A stretch of 63,448 nt of DNA, filler included, from Octopus bimaculoides (GCF_001194135.2; 6 parts of 6 records of this genome joined end to end with filler, not necessarily neighbours in it), one strand, 5' to 3'. Positions 27,851 to 42,390 are shown, counted from the whole stretch's first letter. The notes: generated by a model from the sequence alone, not told the origin. Program-made: numbers and translations.

Positions 27851-27934
27851 TTTTAAAAAGGATTAACGTAACTCTTCAAGAAGGTAAATAGTCAAGACGA
27901 AGAGCGCGATACGATTGTATAGATATTTTATTAG

Positions 27935-27977
27935 TTGAACAATATTTCAACAGTACGTCTGTCTTTGTCAAGTTTAA
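27935..27977 (-). ncRNA. Degenerate minimal hammerhead motif in the PLE 3' pLTR region
   Basis: Minus strand TTAAAC-TTGACAA-A-GACAG(ACGTA)CTGTT-GAAA-TATT-GTTCAA. Stems I and II and a palindromic stem III (AATATT) are present. The core carries C3U and G8A changes. Confidence 0.45.
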
Positions 27978-28170
27978 AATAAATGGTGATTAAAAATTCA
28001 AAATTACAGAAATTTAAACGTAAAGTATGAACGAGAGCAACCAGCGTCCATACGTTGATGGAATGACATCATCAGTTTTTAAGTTTTATAACAGGCGGAA
28101 AGAAAGAAAAAAATAGAAAAAGGAAGACGACAGAAAAAAAAGGAAAAAAAAAAGAGAGAAAGAAGAATAT

Positions 28171-30698
28171 TCAATCAAACAGTTTTGTATAAATTTCATG
28201 ATATTCTCCTGTCATCTTATTCATTCCTCCAGGGCGTGCTGTTAATAACCCGCAAACATATTTCTCCTCATACATTCTGAGAAATGAAAGTGGGGTAGAT
28301 TCAGAATATTTTTTGAGAATATGCACTTTCAAGTCTTCTTCAAAATTGCAGCCGCTTGAAACGAAATGTTCAGCAAGTTCTGTCGAACTACTGTTTTTGT
28401 GCCTGACGTCGAATCTGTGCCCATTAAACCTTTTGTTTAATTGTTCTGTTGTACATCCAACATAAATCAAGTTGTGTTTTGTGCATTCTGCAGCGTACAC
28501 TAAATGGGAGTCTTTACATGTTCCACCTTCTGTATAAATCATAACATTTCTGTTATGATTTCTGATGGAATTCACTTCACTCATGTTGTTGCACAATGAA
28601 CAGGGATTACCTCTCTTTTGGCTGTTCTTTTAGGTACAGCGTGCAGATACTCCAATGTTCGTTTTCTTGGAGTCAATAATTCTCTTATGTTCTTATTCCG
28701 TCGAAAGGCTACAATGGGCGGCTGAGGAAATATCTGTTTGAAACTGGGATATTTTCTCGCCACATGCTGGTAACTTTCATGCAACACTTGAAATGCCAGC
28801 GAAAAGTCGGTGTCAGCTAATCACTAAAGGAATTCTGTCATCTATTGTATTTTGTTTGCTAAAATTATGCGTGTAGGTTTGACTATCTTTGCTAATCTTA
28901 GCTATTTCATTTGCTATTTCCTTTAAACGTGATTCACTGTAATCTCGTTTGACATAATGACATACAAAAGCATTTGCATGTTTCCAGTAATCCCCTATGT
29001 CAGTACAAATCCGTTTTATCCTCAAAAATTGGGATTTCGGATTTGACCGAATAAGATGACATGGATGATCGGAGCGGCGGTGGAGATAAATATGGGATGA
29101 CTATTCTGCCTCCAGAAATCTTGACTTTTGTGTCCAAAAATTTAACGCTAGTTTTTGAAAAACTAGACGTAAATTTTATGTTGGACTTAAAGCCAGTAGA
29201 TCCTGTGATCTTTCTCAGACAAAAAAATACGTCATCAATGAACCGTAACCAGAGTATTGCTTTATGACCATGAAGGGATTTGAATGTCTTCAGTAACTGT
29301 CATAAAGACATTAGCGAAATTAACTGCCTTGGAGGTACCCATGGCGCAACCCTTCTTCTGGTGGTAAAATCTTTGTCTAAACTTCATTGTGTTACTTTCT
29401 AACACAAACCTCAATAATCTACAGAGTAAATTTGATGGAATACTTTTGTTTGACCGCTTTTCGAACGCATCCATGCATGCTTCTACCCCTTCATTTTGGT
29501 CAATATTGGGATATAAGGAAGAAACATCCATGGTTACCAAAAAACAGTTCTCAATACGGCCTCGGCGCTTAAAAAAGTTGTTGATTTTAGATACAAAATC
29601 AAAAGTATCCCGAATATAGGAACTTGATCGTTTTGCGACGGTGAGTAGAAAGCCATCCAGCCATTCTGAAATTTTGGCCGTACAGCATTCATATCCGCTG
29701 CAAATTGGGCGCATTGGAGGAAATCTTTCGAACTTTTTGTGTATTTTAGGGAGACCATGAAATACAGATGTTCTTCTTTCTGACCTTAAAATCCTAGATT
29801 CAGCCTTATTAACGAAACTGTTTTCCTCCATTTCCAGAATTATTTTGTCAAGTTCCTCTCTGTAATTGAGGTTTGGATCGACAGGTAATTCTTCATATGA
29901 AGTTTTGTCATTTAAAACTTCTTCACAAGCCGAAATATACTCACTTTTGTCCATAGTTACGATATCGCCTCCCTTATCCGCCATCTTAATAACAATAGAA
30001 TCGTTAGTAGTTAGACGTCGGAGTGCATAACGTTAGGAATTTGTGAGGTTATTCCAGGATTTCTTTCCACTTGTTTTAAGGCTTTCTCTAATGCCTGCCT
30101 GACAAGATTCAAGAAATTCTAGTAGTGCTTGTGAATGTTCATCCCGAACTTTATCTAGATACCAATTGGGATTCTTTTCAATCCAATTATGCCAGATTCG
30201 ATCATCATCATTTTTAGTAAACATATGGTTTTCTGACTCCTCGGTACCAGTTTTTTCAAACAAATATTCTTTCAGCTTGTGGCGGCGGACAAACTGAAAT
30301 AGCCCTTGAGCTAGTTTATTCTTGTCGAAATTCTTAGTGCTTGGGCAAAAACTCAGTCCAAGCTCTAAGACTGAGACATCGTCGGGCGAAAATTTTAGTT
30401 TAGATAAATTTATAACCGACTTATTCTCTAGTGTGATGTTTTTTCTCGGGCAAGTGGTTTTCAGAGCCTTTTTCTCATTAGATTCCTGACTACTTTTTGG
30501 GCTTTGCTCGAAATCTTCACTTAAAACGCGGAACCTATTAGGTGATAAAATTTGTTCTGAATGTCCATGTAGGAAGTTATAATTTTTAGTCGTCTTTCTA
30601 GGGGTAATCCATTTCTGGGTGGGTGATAGAAAGTGAGTGACTTCTGTGGTATTTGTAGACATTTGAAAAACCTTTACTTTCGGGAAAACTCGGAATTC
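28171..30698 (-). mobile_element. Near-full-length Penelope-like element (RT + CxxC linker + GIY-YIG), disrupted
   Basis: VINLSKL..VLELGLSFCP; ADKGGDIVTMD; LVTMDVSSLYPNI; QKKGCAMGT; LWLRFIDDVFF; RIKRIC; TCKDSHLVYAAECTKHNLIYVGCT..RFNGHR. The 5' end runs into a gap. Confidence 0.93.
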
Positions 30699-31303
30699 NN
30701 NNNNNNNNNNNNNNNNNNNNNNNNNNNNNNNNNNNNNNNNNNNNNNNNNNNNNNNNNNNNNNNNNNNNNNNNNNNNNNNNNNNNNNNNNNNNNNNNNNNN
30801 NNNNNNNNNNNNNNNNNNNNNNNNNNNNNNNNNNNNNNNNNNNNNNNNNNNNNNNNNNNNNNNNNNNNNNNNNNNNNNNNNNNNNNNNNNNNNNNNNNNN
30901 NNNNNNNNNNNNNNNNNNNNNNNNNNNNNNNNNNNNNNNNNNNNNNNNNNNNNNNNNNNNNNNNNNNNNNNNNNNNNNNNNNNNNNNNNNNNNNNNNNNN
31001 NNNNNNNNNNNNNNNNNNNNNNNNNNNNNNNNNNNNNNNNNNNNNNNNNNNNNNNNNNNNNNNNNNNNNNNNNNNNNNNNNNNNNNNNNNNNNNNNNNNN
31101 NNNTCGACCTGAAGAAAATTCTAATTGGGCCCCACTTGCAATGTCATGCGTTGTTTATCTTGTTATGAGGTCACCATGTCGCGCACACATGGTTGTGATT
31201 CATATGCCTGGTGTACCCTTATCAGATGGGTTGTCCTGATGTGCATTCTGGGTATCACTTTGATGGCAGTACTGCTCTCTCACTCAATAATAACAACAAC
31301 AAC

Positions 31304-31360
<57 letters not shown>

Positions 31361-31361
<1 letters not shown>

Positions 31362-32603
31362 TGGCATAGATAAGTGTGCAATATTAGTCATGAAAAGGGG
31401 ACAGATACTCAACCGCTAAGACATTCAATTACCAGATGGACAGACATTAAAATAATTAAAAGAATGAGAGAGTTATAAGTATTTAGGAGTACTACCTATA
31501 GAAATGAAAACGAAAATTGAGGAGTACATCAGAAGGGTAAGGAAGCTAATGCAATCAAAGCTAAATGGTCCGAATCTAATGAAAGCTGTAAATACTTGGC
31601 CAGTATCATTACTCAGCAGCTTTTGTAGATTGGACAAAAACTGAATTAGCAAAGCAAGACAGAATAATTAGGAAGGAATTCAATATGAATGGAGGACTCC
31701 ATCCAAGAGCAGGAGTAGCAAGATTATACTTACCTAGAAAGAGGACTAATATCAATAGAAAGCTGCGTGTAGTTAGCTAGAGTAGATATATACTCATATG
31801 TAGACAATAGTAAAGAAAGTTTATTAAATGCCGCTTTATTTACAGCAAGACGTAGGCGAACCAAAAAACCAAACGAAGTAAAAATACCAAAAAAGAGAAC
31901 AAAAGTTATCTGACTGGCAGGAGAAAGTTTTACATGGTAGGTTCCCAAAGATAGTTGCAGCAAATATAGTAATGAGACATGGTTATGGTTGCAGAAAGGA
32001 AGGCTGAAAAGGGAGACAGAGAGTGTGTTAGTAGCAGCACAAATTCAAGCATTAAGGACTAATTTGATAAACGCAAAGATAGACAAAAAACAAAAAGATT
32101 CCCGATGTAAGTTATGAAAATCAAAATAGGAAAGTGTAATTCATATAGTAAGTGAATGTAGCATGCTGGTACAGAAAGAATACAAGAAAAGACATGACAA
32201 CGTAGGAAGAGAAATCCAATAAGAGCTATGTGGAAAGATATGATTCCACCGTACTGATAAAAGTTTGAACTTGAAAGTAAGAAATATGAGATGTTGACTT
32301 TCAGACTGATAGAGTAATAGAACCTAGTAGATAAAGAGAATAGAAAGTGCCAGATAATTGACTTTACAGTCCCAGATGATAAGAAAATCTATGCGAGAGG
32401 TATAGAAAAATATCAGGAACTAGCCATTGAATTACAGAGACTATGGAAAGTGCGGGTAAAATGTATCCTTAAAGATTTGAACAGATGGATAGAGGAAATA
32501 GGTATAAAACCCAGTTTAGTACAACTCCAGAAAAGAGTGTTATTATGGATAGCTAGGGTACGTAGGAGGTTCCTGGCATCTAAGGATTTTTTCTCTTCCA
32601 ACA
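31361..32603 (+). mobile_element. R4/Dong-type retrotransposon 3' half, (AAT)n upstream and (AAG)n downstream (32604-32668)
   Basis: YKYLG; EYIRRVRKLMQSKLNGPNLMKAVNTW; LKRETESVLVAAQ; EYKKRHDNVGR; IIDFTVPDD; LVQLQKRVLL..RRFL. Degenerate. Confidence 0.85.
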
Positions 32604-33419
32604 GAAGAAGAAGAAGAAGAAGAAGAAGAAGAAGAAGAAGAAGAAGAAGAAGAAGAAGAAGAAGAAGAACTCTCCGCGCTGAATAACAACATGGATGTGC
32701 TACACTGGGTTCTCCATTCAAAGCAAATCTTATCTAATGAAGGAATCTGTGGAAGACCTGAAAGAAGCGGCCTTTTAATGAAATTAATCACAAAAACGCA
32801 ATTTTACTGTCATACAAAGCACAGCTTCTCCTATGCACGATGTCTCAGTGAAAAATGCGAAACACACACGCGAAATCAACATCAGAAAGTTTACAAATTA
32901 TAAAATATAAATGGAACAAATCAAGAAGTACATAAATTGAGTAATTACGCATACACTCGAACGTCTACACAATCATATATACATTTTAATTCCCATAGGA
33001 CTACACATACATTCCAATGTTTACACAACTACATGAAATTTACACGACACACATACATGCATATGAAAACACGTGTCACAAACGAAGCAAAAACAAAACA
33101 AAAACATTTTTTTTATTTTTCGAACTAACACAGACAGAGTGAACAATACATAAGTTTTAAATCACCACAAAACACTATGCCCGGAGATAAACCTATCAAC
33201 AAAAAAATACAGACAAATACAGATCTGTTAGCCTTAAGAAGCTACGTTACGAGCAATGTTTTCATGCAGAGAACTTGGAGGCGGTGTTGTCTCAAAAAAA
33301 TTAACTCTAAACAGACAGATCTGTCCCCTAAGATCAACGTCCAAGCTGGTTTATACCTCAATGATAACAAAGCAATATACAAACCTACTTAAACTGGACA
33401 CAAAAACACCTTGAAGTAA

Positions 33420-34715
33420 GACACTACATAGACTGTAACAAACTTGCCAAGAAGAAACATTATGAAAAGGAAATTACTAACTGAATTAGAGATTGACCAA
33501 ATTAAACAATCAGTAAGGGATAAAAGGAACGAAGTTGCAGCTAAAGAAGATACTACAGAGGAAATAATTCAAGACCAACCCAGGTCTGATGAAAATGCAA
33601 TAATGATTGAAAGAGTTACTGTAAGTGATAAGCAGTGAAATACTCTCTGAATCAACCATAAACACTAAGGCAGATGAAAATCAAATAGATGAATAAAGTC
33701 ATGCAGAAATTGACCCAACAGAACTACATAATCTAAAAAAACCAAATCATGATTGAATGGCTGAAAAGTAAAGAAACCAGTATGAATGAACGCGACACTC
33801 TCCCCAAAATTCGCAATTCTAACTAAAACCTGAAATTAATTGGTAAAATCCGCCTTGCACTTAGGGATATAATTTAACCACCTGTACTATGCATACGCGA
33901 AAATCTCAACAATTCTATGTAGTGAAAACTACAACATTCCTACAAAAAGCCTACTTGGCAAGAGCGTATTCAACACCAAATTCAGCTACTTAGGTCTGAC
34001 ATAGAGTGTTTAAAAACCTCAAGTTTTACAAGACTATCAAACCAACAAAAATCCGAAGATTAAAGAAAATATATATGAAAACCATATTTGACATCGATAC
34101 TACTAGAGAAACTATCAAGTAAACGGTATGTGCTAAAGCTGCCTGCACAGCAAGGTATGAAAAGCGCGTTAGATTCTTCAAGAACAACATGTTCAAAAAT
34201 AATCCAAAAAAAATTTACAGGAAGAAAGGAAAAATACCGGTTAAAGTAAAGTCTGTCCCATCAAAAGAAGTGCAGGAATTTTGGAATGAAATTTGGGCAG
34301 AAGCAAAACCACACAATGAAAAAGCCCCTTGGATTGATATTTACAGATTTAGCCTCCTTAAAAGAGCAAAAGTGGGAGGGTATCAAGGCAGAGGATGTAA
34401 GATCTGCTCTTAGGAGGTCAAGCAAATGGAAGTTTCCAGGAAAGGATAAAATTCCTAACTTCTGGTTGAATGCCTTCCCAGAGAGTTATGAACTGCTAAC
34501 AAAACTTTACAACAATGTTTTGCAACAACCTAGTATGATTCTGTCTTGGAAGTAGGAACGTTACACAATAACTATTATGGTGTAACGTTCCTACTTCCAA
34601 AAAATGAAGAAACAAATGAACCAAAAAATTGTAGACCTATAACCTGCTTAACAACAATGTATAAAATACTAACATCTGTCTTGACCAAATATACCTATAG
34701 TTTTTTGAAACAGTG
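33420..34715 (+). mobile_element. R4/Dong-type retrotransposon 5' part (N-terminus to early RT)
   Basis: RRNIMKRKLLTELEIDQIK; MFKNNPKKIYRK; PGKDKIPNFWLNAF; EPKNCRPITCLTTMYKILTSVL. Confidence 0.8.
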
Positions 34716-36035
34716 TTAAATTGCACCCCGTTTCTCTGGGCAGTTACTACAATTCATTACACGGATTTTCTCATGAAAACATTATAAAGATATTGTCAGT
34801 TATTTAGTCTCTCAGTGCTGATCTTCCAGAACTGAGCCATCAAAGCATCCTCTACCGATAGTTTGTCAGAGTAACGTCGTGACAAGCTATAATAATCTGG
34901 CGTAGTAGTTCCTTGTGTCCATCGCCTCATGGCTGATTTTTCAGGACATTTCACACGTTGACAGTGATTATTATCTTTACGACTTAGATGAGATCTTAAC
35001 GCTAAATATTTCAAATGTAATTATAAAGTTACCTCTCTATAATAATAGGAAAGCTTCTAATTAGACATACGTGACAGTCAACATTGTCTCGGTCTATGTC
35101 GTCAGTAATTCTAGTCTGGTTAGTATTACACATTTTTGTGAAATCTTATTTTACTTTATGTTAAAATATATCATTAATATTTCTCTTCTCCTCTTGGCTT
35201 ACTTGTCTTCAAAATGATGACAGTATTTATCAAAGGAAGGGTGACACGAGGTCACATACTTTCAAAATTTGAAACAATCTAGTTAAGTATTTCAGTAACT
35301 TGTCTCTATCTAACATTGTACAGTGACATTGTTTTCCAAAGTACATGCACAAGGCTGACAGACAATCTGTTATAAGAAAGTGCTTCACTTATGAAAGTCA
35401 AGTATGCAGAGTAATTAACTCAAAATATATTAATACATTTAATTCATTAAAAAAAGCTCAAAAGATAATTTCTTACCATTTGCGAGAAAGAAATTCTAAA
35501 ATTGCACAAAAAGCAATACATTCCTATTTTCCTTCATTTTAAAACTATTTTCCACAAGTAAGTGATTTTTCGATTCCTTTTATACGCCATATTTAATTTT
35601 TTCTCAATTTGGAAGTTTACACTCGTTCATAAAAATATATAAACAAAAGTGTTATCTTCCCATTGTAAATGTATATATAGCTCGTAAAAGGCATATAGAT
35701 CNNNNNNNNNNNNNNNNNNNNNNNNNNNNNNNNNNNNNNNNNNNNNNNNNNNNNNNNNNNNNNNNNNNNNNNNNNNNNNNNNNNNNNNNNNNNNNNNNNN
35801 NNNNNNNNNNNNNNNNNNNNNNNNNNNNNNNNNNNNNNNNNNNNNNNNNNNNNNNNNNNNNNNNNNNNNNNNNNNNNNNNNNNNNNNNNNNNNNNNNNNN
35901 NNNNNNNNNNNNNNNNNNNNNNNNNNNNNNNNNNNNNNNNNNNNNNNNNNNNNNNNNNNNNNNNNNNNNNNNNNNNNNNNNNNNNNNNNNNNNNNNNNNN
36001 NNNNNNNNNNNNNNNNNNNNNNNNNNNNNNNNNNN

Positions 36036-36600
<565 letters not shown>

Positions 36601-37144
36601 ATATTTACAGCCAGTGTTTCGGATGTTACCTATGTTAGCCATCCGCAAAAGCGGAGTGTAAGCCTCTACCAATTTAGTGATTCAAAACTTGCGAAGACTA
36701 AACACACAATATAAAGATAGAGAATTTAATAACACATACACCTATTAAAACGGAATTTATGACTCTCACTAATTCCGACATTCGCTTCAATATAAGTACA
36801 ATGCATAAAACCACATTTCCAGGACTTTCTCACAGAATTCCATGCTATTTGATAGAAAGGAATTAAAAAAATAATTAAGTTGGGTTTTATATTTTCGTGG
36901 CTACATTGAAACAGTGTTTTACAGAAAAAGTTTCCAGAAAAACGCTGTCATTCTAATATGGCTATCGGACTTAGGCCCAGTCATGGTATATGCACTTTAG
37001 AAGCATACAGCATAGATTTTAGAGCATATATTTAAGTTTAGTTTTGGTCTTCTTAAAAAGTATGATATGAAGAAAATATTATTGCTCTATATCCACATAA
37101 ACATGAGGGGCAATCAGCTAAAGTCCCGACGTTCGCTTTAAATA

Positions 37145-38369
37145 TTGGGTCATCCCATAAATAATGCGTTTTTTTTATACATCTTTTATTTTTCAAAATT
37201 AAAATAAGCAAAGTTCCTTTTTAATCTAAAATATACTCTCCTTCATTTTCTACAATGCTCTTCCATCTATCTTTTCCAAAATTTACTTGTCCGTGATGAA
37301 AAAAACTCCTCTAAAGAATTCATATTTTTTCCGTCCAAATGATTTTGAAGACTGCGGAATAAATGATAATCAGATGGAGCAATGTCCGGCGAATATTATA
37401 CGTGGTGCATCGTTTCCCATTCAAACTGCTCCAGCCTTCGAGTGTCGTCCTCGCTGTATGTGGCCGAGTATTATCCTGATGGAAGAACACTTTTCGTCTT
37501 GAAACCAAAGAGGTCGTTTTTATTTTAGCGCTGACTTAAGCCGCTCAAGCTGTTCGCAGTAGATCTCCTTTGTTATCGTTTGGTTTGGGTTTAAAAGTTC
37601 AAAGTGGACTAAACCCTTCATATCCCACCAAACAGATAACAACTCATTACGTGGGTGAAGACCTTCTTTTAGCCTGGGGTGCCGATGTTTCTCCTTTCCC
37701 TATCCACTGTCTACGGCGCTTAACATTTTTGTAGAGAACCTATTTCTCATCACCTGTTACTATTCGGTCCGAAAAAGGGTCATTCGTAAGACGTGACAGC
37801 AAAGAAGAGCACGCAATCACTTTATGCGCACGAAAGTTTGTGAGAAACCCATTGACTCAATCTGCTGACTTTTCCGATGTCACGCAGGTGTCGATGAATG
37901 GTTGAATGACGAAATCCAAGCTTCTCTGCTAGTTCATCAGTCACGATGGATTTTTTTTGTTCCACCAGGGTTTGCAGGACGTCCTCGTCGAGCTCTACAG
38001 ATCTTCCAGGATGAGGCTCATCTTCTAGGCTGTAGTTTTCGGCTCGGAATTTCTGGAACCACCGTTGACACTGGCTTATGCTTATTGTCCGATCCCCATA
38101 TACTGCATTAATATTCCTCGCACTTTTCGTTGCGTTGTTGCTTTTATTGAACTCATAAAGCAAAATATGCCGAATATGCACCTTTGTCACTTCCATTATA
38201 ACTTTGAAAAACTTACTGTTAAAATCGAACTGCACTCTTCAAAATTTGCATTAAGAATAAGTACTAGGTAAAATTACTACCTGCTTTTATAGCAAGTTGA
38301 TGCACGTAGTTTATCCCGTCCCCCTCCGACTTTTAGTTCAGGTAATTGAAAAAACTCCATTATTTATGG
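37145..38369 (-). mobile_element. Mariner (Tc1/mariner) element, degenerate transposase
   Basis: MEVTKVHIRHILLYEF..QCQRWFQKFR..LEDEPHPGRS (HTH); KVSRLSQWVSHKL; FFHQDNTRPH. Left TIR TA|TTGGGTCATCCCATAAATAATGC. The right TIR is truncated at 38369. Confidence 0.92.
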
Positions 38370-38389
38370 AGGCTTTACTATTGTCGAAC

Positions 38390-38700
38390 ATCTCCGCAGG
38401 CGAAAGCTAATCCCTAACATAGCTAGGATTGCATTGCAACAACTTGCTCTTCTCGGCAGGGTAAGAAGATACTTCAGCTCCCAACAATTATTGGCACTCT
38501 ACAAAGCTAAGGTGAGTCCCACAACGGAGTAACCACTGGAACCACGCTGCTGCACAAAAACAGATATCGTCCAGAAATGGTCACCGACTTATTAGCCACT
38601 CTCAGTCACTCCTTAGACTCCGGTTTATGTGTCTTGTCTCTTTTTCCCACCTTTTCTACCGCTGCAATAAGGATATTTTCTCTTCGGAGCTGGCTGCGCT
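38390..38700 (+). mobile_element. CR1/Jockey-type RT C-terminal fragment
   Basis: NIARIALQQLALLGRVRRYFSSQQLLALYKAKVSPTTE resembles the A..LG.L.R....LYK..VRP.LEY motif. Confidence 0.55.
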
Positions 38701-39196
38701 CATATTACCTCTACTCATGCATTCTTCATCCACTTTTTTTCTTTCATCACCTATGTTGCTATGTTGTCTCACTGATTTCAGAATGATATAGTTACTGCCC
38801 ATTTCTTCAGACTCAGCAAGGCATAAAAAATACGATTCCAGAGATAAATGAACATTCTCAAGACGATAACTTCAGTGTTTTAAGACAAATAACAGTGATT
38901 GTATCTTATACGGTTATTATTATGGTTTCTTGTCAAGCCGATGAATAGCCACCATTTCAGTGCTTCGTAAATGTATGTCGATTACACGCTCAATTCATGC
39001 AAATGGACTATGTCAGCTAAATATTAATTACTGTATTCTTTTTCGAATTAATTGCCAAAATAACATGTCTAGTTGATTATCTGTTAATTATGATTTCACA
39101 TTTTGGTAACCGAGTTTGATGTCAAAAAGAACACTCCCCACCAAAAAAAAAATTACTTCACTAATTGTCTTCTAATTTCAGATTGAAATAAACAAA

Positions 39197-39281
39197 ATGT
39201 GGCTTTCCCTGAAAACTTCAGTTTCTATTTGGCTGGTTCTAGGGTTATTTTTTGCTTATCATCCAAAACTTTATACCGAAG
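39197..39281 (+). CDS. Secreted vWA + chitin-binding (Pif/BMSP-like) protein, coding exon 1 (signal peptide)
   Basis: MWLSLKTSVSIWLVLGLFFAYHPKLYTE+G|GTAAGT, phase 1. An upstream acceptor TTTCAG at 39181 implies a non-coding first exon. Confidence 0.7.
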
Positions 39282-39999
39282 GTAAGTTATAAAAGCTAAT
39301 GATTCATTGTCAGCAAAGCTGACCGCAAACCTCTGCACAATTCATAAGATAAAAACATTGAAAGTGACTTGAAAAAAACACCATATTTCTATGTTACAGG
39401 ATAAATCTACCAAGGCTACTCCTTCAATGTAAGGCTACTCCTTACATGGTAATACAATATTTAAATAGGTGTTCGTGAAGACAGACCAAATTTGCAGATG
39501 CTTTCGAATTTGGTTTAATTTCTAATTTTGACTTAGAAGAACTTGTCTTCTGAATACCGAAGCATATTGTACTCAGCCTTCATTTTACTATTTCAGCAAC
39601 TCAGTCTAACCTCTTACACCACTGTATCCACTATCTGATTTTGATTTCTCTTGAATTTCACTTTGAATTTCATATCATATACGTTGGTGCTAATACCTCA
39701 AAGAAAGGTACAACAAATGTTATACAATTTTGTTTAGAAAGTCTCGTGGAAGACTGCTTGTAATAATACCGCGTAATTTCAGTTTTATAATGAATACTGA
39801 AGCAGTTATTGTTAACCCGGCACTCCATTTAACCCCATCACTCGGCCTGTAAACTTTAACAGGTTATGCTATGCTGCAAGCCTAATAGCCAAGTGTCCAG
39901 TTTAAGGCTTACTTCCTCTTTTCCTCTCTCAAGGTGACCCTGAAAACTATCATGAACGCCGCCCTTGCCTCTGTGGTCAATACATTACTTATATGTGTG

Positions 40000-40056
<57 letters not shown>

Positions 40057-40708
40057 CACACACACACACAAATTGAAATATAACAGAAAATTATATCAAA
40101 CTACCGGTGAATTCGTTCCGCTAAAAATAGTAACCATATTTCTATTAAATTACAATCTACTGTGTTTAAAATGTAAGTACACGCTAAATAATGTAATTCA
40201 AATTATATTAGGTTTGAGCAGAATGTACAATGATCAGGAATGGACATTTTGACCGTTCATCAATGCCGATTTAGATCAAAACATCAATAACTAAATAGAA
40301 GCTAGCGGTCTGAATTCAAATCGCGCCTATCAATCCAGGGCTTTGGACTAACGACACTGTCATTACATCGGATGGCATTTTTATTTCTGCTCTTTGCGTT
40401 TTGAGCTCATATCATGCCACAGCGTACATTAGTAACAGACTTAATCCATCATCCAGTATAACATCATCGCACTGTATTTTGGGTGCCTTTAATAGAGTCG
40501 ACATAGTTGTAAGCATTCAGATGAGGTCTCCAGTTTGAGGGTGACTTCCTCCCACACGAGCCCCCGAGATTCTGTGAAAGGGTCACAGGCTCTGCCTCTC
40601 CGCAGTCTAAAAGAAGGAGAAAACGATTATAATTAGTTACAAATCGAATATTCCCGGTAAATTAGGTTTTTTTTATAACATTTTCATTAGGAATTTGTTT
40701 TGTTTCAG

Positions 40709-41007
40709 AAATGAAATGTGATCAGCCTGTAGATGTGATCATTTTAATTGACGGTTCTGATAGCATCAGTGACAACGATTGGGTGAGAAGCAAAAATTTC
40801 GTGAAAGAATTGATCGATAGTTTTGACATCGGTCAAGACACAATACATGTCGGAATCATTGTTTATTCGAGCAATATTGGAGATGTTATTGGCTTGAAAA
40901 AATTTCACTCTAAGGAAACGTTAAAGTTTCTGGCAAACCGACTGCATCATCCCAAAGACGGAACAGATACGGCAGCTGGAATCAGGAAGGTAACCAAAAT
41001 GATGGAG
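40709..41007 (+). CDS. Pif/BMSP-like protein exon 2 (vWA N-half)
   Basis: TTTCAG acceptor, phase 1 to 0. KCDQPVDVIILIDGSDSI (DxSxS)..VGIIVYSS..GTDTAAGI..MME|GTAAGT. Confidence 0.9.
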
Positions 41008-41056
41008 GTAAGTCACAATAAAATTTATTCGACACGCGAACGAATCCTGAACATGT

Positions 41057-41167
41057 ATAGGCGCATGCGTGGCTGTGTAGTAACAAGCTTGCTTCCCAAT
41101 CACATGGTTCTAGGTTCAGTCCCACTGCGTGGTACCTTGGAGAAGTGTCTTCTATTATAGTCTCGAA
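41057..41167 (+). mobile_element. CORE-like SINE 5' fragment
   Basis: GGTTCAGTCCCACTGCGTGGTACCTTGGAGAAGTGTC matches the 49592-49964 family. Confidence 0.75.
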
Positions 41168-41532
41168 CAAGAGACTATAAACAAGAAGAAAATGGGGAGT
41201 ATATAGATATAAATTAATTTATTAATATATAGTTAATTAAAAATACCTACAATTGTTTCAATTTTACTCAATACTAATTATAAATTTATAAATAAAATAA
41301 AATTTGCATTTAGAATATCATATGAGTAATTGACATAAAAGGTTTACATGTTAGGTTGAGATTTTAAAACAGACTGAATAAACGAAGATATGTTTATATG
41401 TGTGAGTGGGTGTTAAATATATTTTATAATAAAATAAAATACGAATAAAAATAAAAATAAATAAGACAAAATGTGAATAAAAATACACAAAACAATATAG
41501 CCGTTATAAATTTCTATGTCAATAGATTTTAC

Positions 41533-41660
41533 CAAGCAGTCGTGATCTCCACTCCCTTCTGCGGGTGTGAAACCTGGACTCTTTACCGAAGTAACGTCAA
41601 AAAACTAGAGCGATTTCACCAACAGAAGCTCCATTCTATTATGAATGTCAAATGCTATTG
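41533..41660 (+). mobile_element. RTE-clade RT C-terminal fragment
   Basis: AVVISTPFCGCETWTLYRSNVKKLERFHQQKLHSIMNVK matches the LLYGCETWT..LERFH..LR.I motif. Confidence 0.7.
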
Positions 41661-41989
41661 AAGATAAAACAAATATTATATAATAAATTATTCTTTCTGC
41701 AAAGCAAATAAGAACCAACTTAATCAAATCTTTATACTGATCTACTGCCAAACACTTTACTAAGGATAACAAATATAGTGAAATAATAATAGATCTATAA
41801 GAATTGTTTTTTCTGTATCCCAGAACAATTGGATAGTTTCTATAATAAAAGAAATATGAACAATACTAACTCGAATAGATCTGATTCTAGTAATGACAGC
41901 AGGGAAGTAACCCATGTAAATTCCCTTTTTAACAATAAAGCTATAAATAATGTTACAATAAACGTTAGTAATATGGGTACTGATTATAG

Positions 41990-42390
41990 GATAAATGATA
42001 TAAATAAAAGATGCGATTGTAAGTTTAAGGAAAAATGTTATTTTAGTAATATATTTAAGCAAAATAATGTAGGGTTGAATCTGAAGGTAGATATTATTTT
42101 TATATTGGACATACGGAAAATTTCGTGAAGCGCAGAATCGCAAACCATGAATCCACATTTAAGAATAGGTATAGATTAAATTCTACCAGTCTAAGCAAAT
42201 TTATTTGGAAGCTAATAATAAGGAATATAAACTTAAGTGGGAAATTATTAGTCATGCTAAATCCTATAATATTAGTAAAACACGCTGTGACTTTGAAACT
42301 TAAACTTCTTAATAACCGTCAAGAATCTATTTTATCTTGTAAACATTTCTCTAAATATGTATTTCGAAAGTACAATAAAATGAAATAAAA
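41990..42390 (+). mobile_element. PLE GIY-YIG endonuclease fragment
   Basis: CDCKFKEKC..FYIGHTENFVKRRIANHESTF..STSLSKFIWKL..LLNNRQES. Frameshifted. Confidence 0.7.

Noticed and set aside
28040-28080. Second hammerhead (CTGATGATGTC, minus) at the PLE 3' end
   Set aside because: No matching GAAA, stem II or stem III downstream.
39400-39450. Extra exon after the signal-peptide exon
   Set aside because: In phase 1 it gives an immediate TAA stop.
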